This document shows, piece after piece, positions 1-7,787 of a stretch of 64,000 bases of DNA. The notes under the pieces were generated by a model that saw nothing but the letters and a program-made list of their open reading frames with translations, searched no databases and was not told the DNA's origin. This DNA comes from Armatimonadota bacterium (GTDB lineage: Bacteria; Armatimonadota; UBA5829): contig JBMNES010000001.1 in the NCBI GenBank assembly GCA_050948905.1, positions 821,448 through 885,447 on the forward strand, written 5' to 3'. How positions within the stretch are numbered: the first letter of the stretch is position 1; each line of letters starts with the position of its first letter. A program made the translations under genes and the position numbers.

Positions 1-564
1 CCGATACTCAAAAACTTTATGGAAGCCACCGGGGATTTTACCGTCACCGTATCCAGAGACCTCGACCAGTTCAAAGCTGAGAATATCAAAAACTACGACC
101 TGGTCATTATGTACACCACCCGTCTCAACCCCACCAAAGAACAGGAACAGGGACTTTTAGACTTTGTTTCAAACGGCAAGGGCTTCGTGGGAATACACTG
201 TGCGACGGATACCTTTTTGGAATCTGATGCCTACTGGAAAATGGTGGGAGGCAGGTTTACGACGCACGGTAATGAACTCTTTAAGGTCAATATAACCGGC
301 AAAAGTCACCCTGTCGTAAAGGGGATGGCCGGCTTTGAGGTCAAAGACGAGACCTATTGCGACAAATTTCACCCTGAATCTAAACTGATCGTGCTGGCCA
401 GGCGGGATAAGGACAGCGAACCAGTGGCGTGGGTTCAGTACTACGGCAAGGGCAGGGTATTTGTAAACACCCTCGGCCACACCAAGGAAGCTTTCGACAA
501 CCCTGGATTTCAGCAGCTTGTAATTAACGGGTCGAAATGGGCGACTTTCAAGCTCAATCCGTGA
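1..564 (+). CDS. ThuA-like (trehalose utilisation) domain protein, class I glutamine amidotransferase-like fold; 5' end probably lies upstream of the window (frame is open back to nt 1)
   Basis: GKGFVGIHCATDTF and NELFKV...HPV motifs typical of the ThuA family; no in-frame stop between nt 1 and the ATG at 19. Confidence 0.7.
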   Translation, partial: PILKNFMEATGDFTVTVSRDLDQFKAENIKNYDLVIMYTTRLNPTKEQEQGLLDFVSNGKGFVGIHCATDTFLESDAYWKMVGGRFTTHGNELFKVNITGKSHPVVKGMAGFEVKDETYCDKFHPESKLIVLARRDKDSEPVAWVQYYGKGRVFVNTLGHTKEAFDNPGFQQLVINGSKWATFKLNP

Positions 565-576
565 TGCGGGGCAGAT

Positions 577-1470
577 ATGTTTAGGCTCGCGCGACCGGCG
601 ATGGCTTGCGAGTTTGAGATTATTTTTGAGGACGATACGCAGGGTCTGGTCGATATAGCCAACCTTGCGTTTGAGGATATCGCCAGACTCGACAGGGAAC
701 TGAACTGTTTTAATCCGTATTCTGAGGTCGCTCATTTAAACGAGGAGGCCGCGCACAGGGCGGTTATGGTTACGCCGGATCTATTCGAGATTCTGAGCGT
801 GGCCAGAGACATCTGGAGAAGCTCAGACGGGGCTTTCGATGTCACCGCTGGGGCTTTGATAGAGTTGTGGCGACAGGCCGAACTTAGCGGAATCGCACCA
901 GAAAAGCAGGCAATAGAGGACGCGCTGACGAATGTTGGTATGGGAAGCGTGGTCCTCGACGAACCCACCCACGAGGTAAGGTTCGAGAAGCCTGGGTTAA
1001 AGATCAATTTAGGGGCGATTGGCAAGGGTTACGCGGTGCGCCAGGCTGTGTCGATTTTGCGTGAATATGGCGTAACCTCGGCTTTGGTAAGCGCTGGAGG
1101 GAGCACGATTCAATCGATCGGCAGTTGGAATGTGGGGATTAGACACCCGTCCAAATTAGATGAACGTGTCGCCGAAATCGACTTAAAAGACCAGGCTATG
1201 TCGACTTCGGGAGGGCCGGCTCAACGCGACCCGAACGTAGAGGAACATTTCGAACATATAGTAGACCCGAAAACCGGGGAGGCTGCAAGAAGTGCAGCGG
1301 CATCGGTGAGCGTTATTACGAGTGACGCTATGGTGGCCGACGCGCTTTCTACGGTGTTTTATTTACGCGGCACCGGACTTGTCTCGACTTATCCCAGCAT
1401 GAGGGCGTTGTTCATAGATGCCGATGGCTGCATCGCAGACTTAATTAGTAATGGAGAGGAATATGACTGA
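577..1470 (+). CDS. apbE: FAD:protein FMN transferase (ApbE family)
   Basis: ApbE-like motifs (AFDVTAGALIELW, GKGYAV, DALSTVFY) and length of ~300 aa. Confidence 0.75.
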   Translation: MFRLARPAMACEFEIIFEDDTQGLVDIANLAFEDIARLDRELNCFNPYSEVAHLNEEAAHRAVMVTPDLFEILSVARDIWRSSDGAFDVTAGALIELWRQAELSGIAPEKQAIEDALTNVGMGSVVLDEPTHEVRFEKPGLKINLGAIGKGYAVRQAVSILREYGVTSALVSAGGSTIQSIGSWNVGIRHPSKLDERVAEIDLKDQAMSTSGGPAQRDPNVEEHFEHIVDPKTGEAARSAAASVSVITSDAMVADALSTVFYLRGTGLVSTYPSMRALFIDADGCIADLISNGEEYD

Positions 1471-2731
1471 TAAGGCGGATGGACTCAGCAGAAGAGATTT
1501 TTTGAAAGGGACAGTAGCGACGGCTGCGGCTATCGGGATAGGCAGCATAGGTGTCTTCACACACGCCCGCGCCGAGATGATCGGGCCGAACGATACCGTT
1601 AATGTTGCCTTTGTCGGCATTGGCAGCGAGGGCCAGATGCTGCTCTCAAAAGCTATCAAAATCCCTAACGTGAAGGTTATCGCCTGTTGCGATATTCAGC
1701 CCAAACACCTGCAGCACGGCCTCGATATTGCCAAGGGCGCGAAGGGCTACGCGGATTATAAGGAGATGCTGGACAACAAAGACATCCAGGCCGTGATAAT
1801 CGCGGTCCCCATCGGGCTTCACGAGTCGATAACTGTCGATTCGCTGCGCGCAGGCAAACACGTGCTTTGCGAGAAGATGATGGCATACACCACCGAGGGC
1901 GCGATTCATATGGCGAGAGTGGCGCGTCAGACCGGCAAAAAACTTCAGATCGGCCACCAGCGACGCTACAACCCGCGATATCGGCACGCCTATAAGATGA
2001 TTCAAGACGGCTTGCTCGGAGAGGTCACACACGTCCGGTCTCAGTGGAACCGCAACGCGAGTTGGCGTAGACCTGTGCCTGCGGACTCCACCGAGGAACT
2101 GACCAACTGGCGACTTTATAAGAAGTCCTCGCAGGGTCTGATGGCGGAACTCGGAAGCCACCAGATCGACGTGGTCAACTGGATGGTCGGCAGCGTACCG
2201 TCCGCGGTGGTCGGAATCGGCGGGCTGGATTACTGGAAGGACGGCCGGGATATCTTCGATAACGTGCAGGTTGTTTTTGAGTACCCGAACGGGGTTAAAT
2301 ACACGTTCCAATCCCTGACCACAAACCAGTTCGACGGCGCGACAGAGCAGGTCATGGGAACCAAGGGCACGATGATACTCTCCGAAGGGCCGTGCACATT
2401 CTATCGCGAGCCTAAAACTGATGAAGAGATATGGGAAAGCATGGCAACAAAGGACGCCGCGAAGGGCGGAATCGTTCTCGACGCCAGCAAATCACCGCGA
2501 TTGCAAAAGGAAGCTCAGGAAGGCAGCGCCATAGCGGAGGAGATAGCGAACCTGAAAAAGGATGCTTATACCCTCGAGATGGAGGACTTCTTCCAGACTC
2601 TGCGCGATGGCCACGAGCCGATGTGCTCTGCCAAAGTCGGGCTTGAGACCTGCCTGGCGGCTATTAAGGCTAACGAGGCGATGGAATCCAGGCAGTGGAC
2701 TGATATTCCAGCCTCGCTTTATAAGATATAG
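1451..2731 (+). CDS. Gfo/Idh/MocA family oxidoreductase with twin-arginine (Tat) signal
   Basis: N-terminal SRRDFLKG Tat motif; Rossmann VAFVGIGSEGQ; conserved EKMMA core of the family. Confidence 0.85.
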   Translation: MERNMTDKADGLSRRDFLKGTVATAAAIGIGSIGVFTHARAEMIGPNDTVNVAFVGIGSEGQMLLSKAIKIPNVKVIACCDIQPKHLQHGLDIAKGAKGYADYKEMLDNKDIQAVIIAVPIGLHESITVDSLRAGKHVLCEKMMAYTTEGAIHMARVARQTGKKLQIGHQRRYNPRYRHAYKMIQDGLLGEVTHVRSQWNRNASWRRPVPADSTEELTNWRLYKKSSQGLMAELGSHQIDVVNWMVGSVPSAVVGIGGLDYWKDGRDIFDNVQVVFEYPNGVKYTFQSLTTNQFDGATEQVMGTKGTMILSEGPCTFYREPKTDEEIWESMATKDAAKGGIVLDASKSPRLQKEAQEGSAIAEEIANLKKDAYTLEMEDFFQTLRDGHEPMCSAKVGLETCLAAIKANEAMESRQWTDIPASLYKI

Positions 2732-2743
2732 GACTGATCGACT

Positions 2744-3973
2744 ATGACCGAGAATGGAATCAGCAGAAGAGAGTTTCTAGTCGGTACGGCTGCAGGGATC
2801 ACGCTCGCGGGCTTGGGAATGGCGGGGTCTCGCGCCTACGCTGCCAACGACCGAATCTCGATCGGGATGATCGGAGTCGGAGTCCGCGGAAACCAGCTAT
2901 TTAACGACATTAAAGCGGTAGATAAGGCGTTAAACGCCGAAGTGACCGCGGTCTGCGACACCTGGAGCGTGAGGCGGGAGCAGATGGTCGCAAAGGTCAA
3001 AGAGCGCTACGGCACTGCGCCGAGAGCTTTCACCAACTACGAAGATCTGCTTGCCTTAAAAGATGTAGATGCGGTTGTCATCGCCACCCCGGACTTCTCG
3101 CACGCCAGGATTCTCACCGATGCGATAAAAGCGGGCAAGGATGTATTCATAGAAAAACCACTTGCAAAAGACCTGGACCAGGCCAATGCTGCTATGGATG
3201 CGTTTGAGGCGTCAAAGTGCGTTATTCAAGTGGGTACCCAGCGCAGAAGCGAGGGAAACTGGAAAGAAGCGGCTAAGCTGATTCAATCCGGCGTGCTGGG
3301 CACTATAAGCCGGGTGGAAATCGGATGGAACGACCATAACCCGCGATGGCGACAAAACGTGAGCGGGATTAAAGCCGAGGATGTCGACTGGAAGCGCTTT
3401 TTGATGCATTTGCCTAACCGGCCGTTCGATCCGCACCGCTACGGAGAATGGCAGCTTTATCGGGATTATACCAACGGGCCGATAGCGGTCCTCGGCGCGC
3501 ACTATTTCGACGTCGGACTTTGGCTTACCGGCGCAAAGTTCCCATCGAATGCGGTGGCAAGCGGCGGGCAATACGTCTGGAAAGACGGCCGGGAGCACGA
3601 AGACACCCTGTATGCGCTATACGATTTCCCGGAGGGGTTTATGATGCGATACCTGTCCGGGCTGGGCAACTCGGCCGACGCTGGTTTGAGCATATATGGA
3701 ACCAACGGGGTTTTCAGAGAATCGACCTGGAGCGCAACGGGTGACGGCGGCCGCAACACGGACAAGATTAAAGAGGAGATTAAAATCTCCGGCAACCCTA
3801 ATCAGAATCACATTGGCAACTGGTTGGAGTGTGTGAGAAGTCGCGAAAAGACGAATGCGCCGTTTGAGGTGGGGTATCAGCATTCTATTTGCACAATGCT
3901 GGGCTATCAGGCTATGGTGAAGGGCCGGAAAATGAAGTTTATGCCGACCCTGCGACGGATAGTGGAGGCGTAG
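2744..3973 (+). CDS. Gfo/Idh/MocA family oxidoreductase with Tat signal
   Basis: SRREFLVGTAAG Tat motif; IGMIGVGVRG Rossmann; EKPLA motif. Confidence 0.85.
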   Translation: MTENGISRREFLVGTAAGITLAGLGMAGSRAYAANDRISIGMIGVGVRGNQLFNDIKAVDKALNAEVTAVCDTWSVRREQMVAKVKERYGTAPRAFTNYEDLLALKDVDAVVIATPDFSHARILTDAIKAGKDVFIEKPLAKDLDQANAAMDAFEASKCVIQVGTQRRSEGNWKEAAKLIQSGVLGTISRVEIGWNDHNPRWRQNVSGIKAEDVDWKRFLMHLPNRPFDPHRYGEWQLYRDYTNGPIAVLGAHYFDVGLWLTGAKFPSNAVASGGQYVWKDGREHEDTLYALYDFPEGFMMRYLSGLGNSADAGLSIYGTNGVFRESTWSATGDGGRNTDKIKEEIKISGNPNQNHIGNWLECVRSREKTNAPFEVGYQHSICTMLGYQAMVKGRKMKFMPTLRRIVEA

Positions 3974-3993
3974 TTTATCGATTGGAGGGCCGT

Positions 3994-4875
3994 ATGAGAG
4001 AGTGCTTATGGCTTGGGATAATCGCGTTGATGGTGTTGCTTGCGACGACTAACGTCTCTGCCAAATCACAGCAGTGGGAAGTCGAGAAGCTGCCGGGGAC
4101 GTATAAGTTCACCGAAGGCCCGGTTTGGACGCCGTGGGGCAGTTTGCTGTTCAGCGACTGCAACGACAACAAAATATGGGAGATAACCACTCCGGGCACT
4201 GCTCCTGAATGCAAGGTTTTCCGCGACCCTGCAGGCCCTTCAAATGGTCTTACATTCGACAGACAGGGCAGATTAGTGGCGTGTGATTACGGCCATCATC
4301 GAGTCACCCGCACCGAAAAAGACGGCAAGATCACGGTGCTGGCAGAGTCTTATGAAAGTAAGCGACTGAACAGTCCGAACGATATTATCGTCAGATCAGA
4401 TGGGAGCATCTACTTTACTGATCCTTCTTATGGCGTAAAAGAGGAGGACCGGGAGCTTGATTTTAAAGGGGTCTTTCTTATTAAACCCGATGGCAAGCTG
4501 GTATTGCTGACCAAAGATTTCGACATGCCCAACGGTTTGTGTTTATCTTTGGATGAAAAAAAGCTCTATATTGCAGACTCGTCTAATCGGCGGCATATAA
4601 GAATATTCGACGTTGCCAAAGACGGGACGATTTCCGGCGGCGATGTGATATTTACATTCCCGAAAACCGGTGTGCCGGACGGGATGAAAATCGGCAGGGA
4701 CGGGAATCTATACTCATCTGGACCCGAAGGCATCTGGGTTTTCGACCCGACAGGTAAGCATTTATACACTTTTCCAGTCCCGGAAGTGCCAGCCAATCTG
4801 GCATTTGGGGATAAGGACGGCAAGACGCTGTATATAACTGCCAGGACCGGGGTGTATAGGGCGAGGCCGAAATAA
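3994..4875 (+). CDS. SMP-30/gluconolactonase/LRE family protein, secreted
   Basis: Signal peptide MRECLWLGIIALMVLLATTNVSA; NDIIVRSDGSIYFTDPSYG and PNGL motifs of the gluconolactonase beta-propeller; internal ATG at 3994 chosen over the ORF-track start. Confidence 0.75.
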   Translation: MRECLWLGIIALMVLLATTNVSAKSQQWEVEKLPGTYKFTEGPVWTPWGSLLFSDCNDNKIWEITTPGTAPECKVFRDPAGPSNGLTFDRQGRLVACDYGHHRVTRTEKDGKITVLAESYESKRLNSPNDIIVRSDGSIYFTDPSYGVKEEDRELDFKGVFLIKPDGKLVLLTKDFDMPNGLCLSLDEKKLYIADSSNRRHIRIFDVAKDGTISGGDVIFTFPKTGVPDGMKIGRDGNLYSSGPEGIWVFDPTGKHLYTFPVPEVPANLAFGDKDGKTLYITARTGVYRARPK

Positions 4876-4987
4876 CAGGCGATTCAAAGATCGCTGATAT
4901 TTTATGCTAATTGTTGCTTACAGGATATTCTGGCCGGTTTTTTATACTGGGCAAATATAACGCACTTGTTTTTTGAAGGGAGTAATT

Positions 4988-5857
4988 ATGAGAACTGCTA
5001 TCGTTATCGTTTTAGCGCTGAGCGTGCTATGCTCTGCCGCTTATGCTGGGGAGGCAAAGAAGTTGCCAATACTGTCTTGTGAGACCTACAGCCTGCGCGA
5101 TTTGTTTGGCTCGGGCAAAATCGATTATCTTACTGTGCCTAAGATGCTTAAAGATATGGGCATACCGGGCATCTGCTACAACTCTATATGGATGAAATCC
5201 TACGATAAGCCCTATTTGGACTCTATCAAAAAGGCTTGTAAAGACGCCGGAATGACCATCACCGGCTTCATTATCGAGGGCAATGTCGCCACACTCGACG
5301 ATGCTGCTCGTGACAGGCAGATTGCAGAAGATATCAAAGAGCTGAAAGCCGCCGCTTATCTCGGCGCGCCGGTCGTCAGAATCAACCTCGGCAGCACTGG
5401 GGATGATGCAAAAGACGATACCATCGGGGTGCAGCGCTGCATTGACGCTTACAAGCAGATTCTGCCGATTGCAAAAGAGCTGAATGTTAAGATCACGATC
5501 GAGAACCACGGCGGAGTCAGCCGCACTGCGGACCGGATTCTGAGGGTCATCAAGGGCACGGATCCTGAGTGGGTCGGGGCGTGTCTGGACTTTGGCAACT
5601 GGCCGTCTGAGACTCGCAACATCGAAAGCGCGAAACTGGCAGCATATACCTATCACGCACATGCCAAAGCCAGAGGATTTGAGGCGGACGGCGAAGCTAC
5701 CGATATGAACTACAAATATCTGCTTGGTCTTCTGAAGCGCGCCGGCTACACCGGAGCTGTCTCCATCGAGTTCGAGGGAGCAGGTGATCAGGTAGAGGGC
5801 GTAAAAAAGAGCGTCGATCTCATCCTGAAACACTGGCCGGAACTGAAGAGCAGCTAA
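4988..5857 (+). CDS. Sugar phosphate isomerase/epimerase (xylose isomerase-like TIM barrel), secreted
   Basis: GGGAG RBS 5 nt upstream of ATG 4988; signal peptide; ITIENHGG motif typical of the AP endonuclease 2/xylose isomerase-like TIM fold. Confidence 0.7.
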   Translation: MRTAIVIVLALSVLCSAAYAGEAKKLPILSCETYSLRDLFGSGKIDYLTVPKMLKDMGIPGICYNSIWMKSYDKPYLDSIKKACKDAGMTITGFIIEGNVATLDDAARDRQIAEDIKELKAAAYLGAPVVRINLGSTGDDAKDDTIGVQRCIDAYKQILPIAKELNVKITIENHGGVSRTADRILRVIKGTDPEWVGACLDFGNWPSETRNIESAKLAAYTYHAHAKARGFEADGEATDMNYKYLLGLLKRAGYTGAVSIEFEGAGDQVEGVKKSVDLILKHWPELKSS

Positions 5858-5888
5858 GCTCGTATCAAAACATAGAGGTATGCCTCGG

Positions 5889-5936
5889 CCCTGTGCTTAA
5901 TATAAGCACGGGGCCGAGTGCTCTTGAGAGCGTGGC
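5889..5936 (+). terminator. Strong 16-bp hairpin (CTCGGCCCTGTGCTTA / TAAGCACGGGGCCGAG, loop ATAT) downstream of the isomerase gene; no clear U-tract
   Basis: Inverted repeat read directly in the sequence. Confidence 0.4.
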
Positions 5937-6027
5937 CGGGACATTGGCACGGCCATACATTGCTTGAAAAATTGAAAAATCAGTTGGTCAATTTGACCCA
6001 GGATTTCTATTTCGCAGGAGAGTAGCC

Positions 6028-6918
6028 ATGAAGTGTGCCAGGTGCGGGTTGGAGTTGCCGCCGGGAACCAGGCAGTGCCCAAAGTGTGGATTAACCAACG
6101 AGTTCGTGCAATCCGCCGAACCCGCAAAAAAGAAAATGCACCCGCTATATTATGCTCTTATCGGCCTGGCGGTTGTGGGTTTGATCGCGCTGTTGGTAGT
6201 AGTGGCAGGGGGCAGAAACCCGACGGTTGCCCCGGCCGGAATTGAACGTGAGGATCGCAACATCACGGCCGCGCCGCCTCCTCAGCCTGCTGACAGCGGA
6301 ATCGTAACCGCGCCTCCAGGTGAGGCGCCTCCCGCCGAGAAGACTCCGGAAGCTGCGCCTAAGCCTAAGCCTACCAGGGAGATGGTCGAATATTTTGCTT
6401 ACGTCAAAAAGGTGGAGGAACACCGACAGATGCTGCTCAAGGACACCGGCGCAGCGCTAATGCTGGGCTCAGCGGCAGGTGGATTGATGAGTATGATAAA
6501 CCTGGCGATGGACCCCGAAGGCAAAGAGGCTCAGGACCCGTTGGCGGATTCTAAAAAGGAACTAAATCGGCAATATAAGAACTGGCTTGCCACTTTGAAG
6601 TTCTTTGACAACAAGCCCGCACCGCCAGAGTGTCGAGAGTTTGCAGGCGCATATAGAAACGTGCTCTATCTGGAGACAAAAGCTATCGGCCAAATAGCTG
6701 CTGGTTTCAACTCAGTCAATATAATGGATCCATCCGATATGTCCAAACTGTTGGCTGCGTTGCAAAAGATGAAAGGCGATCCATCGATTCAGGGCAATAT
6801 CGACAAAGCTGCCGACGCCGCCGATGGAAAACTGACGGATTTAGTCTCCAACTACGATATGGAGAAACCGTTTGATGTGCCGAGGGAGAAAAAAGAAGGC
6901 AATATCATGGGATTCTGA
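6028..6918 (+). CDS. Hypothetical membrane protein: N-terminal zinc ribbon (CxxC..CxxC), one TM helix, Pro-rich linker, C-terminal domain of unknown function
   Basis: MKCARCGLELPPGTRQCPKCGL; hydrophobic LYYALIGLAVVGLIALLVVVAGG; PPPQPADSG..PPGEAPPAEKTPEAAPKPKP linker. Confidence 0.6.
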   Translation: MKCARCGLELPPGTRQCPKCGLTNEFVQSAEPAKKKMHPLYYALIGLAVVGLIALLVVVAGGRNPTVAPAGIEREDRNITAAPPPQPADSGIVTAPPGEAPPAEKTPEAAPKPKPTREMVEYFAYVKKVEEHRQMLLKDTGAALMLGSAAGGLMSMINLAMDPEGKEAQDPLADSKKELNRQYKNWLATLKFFDNKPAPPECREFAGAYRNVLYLETKAIGQIAAGFNSVNIMDPSDMSKLLAALQKMKGDPSIQGNIDKAADAADGKLTDLVSNYDMEKPFDVPREKKEGNIMGF

Positions 6919-6972
6919 GGAGCTTCGATCTTAGATTCTATGGTTAATTTCAGGGCTGGGAAACCCCGGCCC

Positions 6973-7779
6973 TTATTTGTTTGAGCACACTGCCCTCCTC
7001 CTAAGCGCAACCCAAACACAACCGACAGCTACAATCGAGTATATCACGGGCAAGAGCCATTTTGGAGCGATGAAGTTTGGAAGCGGGTAGGTGAGTGGAC
7101 GGCTTATGAGCCTGAACATCGAGAAAAAGGCCATAAACCATAGAAACGCGGAGCCTTCAGCAAGCCCCTTGCGCAGTATCCATACAGCGAGAAAGAAGCC
7201 TGCCAGGGCTGCAATGGCTTCATAAAGCTGCACAGGGTGGATCGGCAAAGGCTGGCTGAAAAGCCCGATTGCTCCGGATAACAACTGTGAGCCGTGGGCA
7301 TTGCTACCGACAGCGACATGAATGCCCCATGGCATGGTGGTCGGTTTACCATAACAACATCCCGCACAAAAGCATCCGACTTTCCCAGACGCTGCGGCCA
7401 GGGCAAGCGCGGGTGTAACTGCATCTGCCAGTCGCCACACATTCACTTTCAAAATCCGCGCAACAACGATCGTGACCGGAACTCCTATAAACAACCCGGC
7501 GTATATCGATAAGTTTTCTACGGATAGAGTAAACAGGTTATGGTTATCGTAAAAAGACTTGGGGTTAGTAAGCCAGTGGATAACTCTGCCGCCGATTAAC
7601 GTAAAAACAGAGCCCGCGACCAGGCAAAGCGCCGGTTTTGCCGCGCCGAGGCCGCGACGGCGGGCGATTATTGTCCCAAGCACAATCACAAGCAGGGCCG
7701 CGATGCCGGTGAAAAACGTGTAGGACGCCACCTCTATATCGCGGCCCGCTATTATCGTCTTGAACAGCGTCGGATGCAT
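6973..7779 (-). CDS. lgt: Prolipoprotein diacylglyceryl transferase
   Basis: Lgt-like GGRVIHWLTNP and PVQLYEAI motifs and multi-TM layout; contains a Cys-rich insert GCFCAGCCYG. Confidence 0.8.
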   Translation of the reverse strand: MHPTLFKTIIAGRDIEVASYTFFTGIAALLVIVLGTIIARRRGLGAAKPALCLVAGSVFTLIGGRVIHWLTNPKSFYDNHNLFTLSVENLSIYAGLFIGVPVTIVVARILKVNVWRLADAVTPALALAAASGKVGCFCAGCCYGKPTTMPWGIHVAVGSNAHGSQLLSGAIGLFSQPLPIHPVQLYEAIAALAGFFLAVWILRKGLAEGSAFLWFMAFFSMFRLISRPLTYPLPNFIAPKWLLPVIYSIVAVGCVWVALRRRAVCSNK

Positions 7780-7787
7780 CTATGCCC

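Noticed and set aside
169-735. Long antisense and overlapping ORFs in the ORF track. Examples: 169-735(-), 1646-2311(-), 5027-5833(-), 10609-11013(+), 13204-13650(+), 24930-25883(+), 25062-25559(-), 35693-37117(-), 37734-38966(-), 51646-52125(-), 62406-63896(+).
   Set aside because: They lie opposite or inside genes with clear family assignments. They have Arg/Ser/Pro-rich, compositionally biased translations typical of high-GC shadow ORFs, and no motifs of their own.
2650-2660. Second B12-box-like GACCTGCC at ~2652
   Set aside because: It lies inside the Gfo/Idh/MocA coding sequence and lacks the rest of the riboswitch architecture. It is a coincidental octamer.
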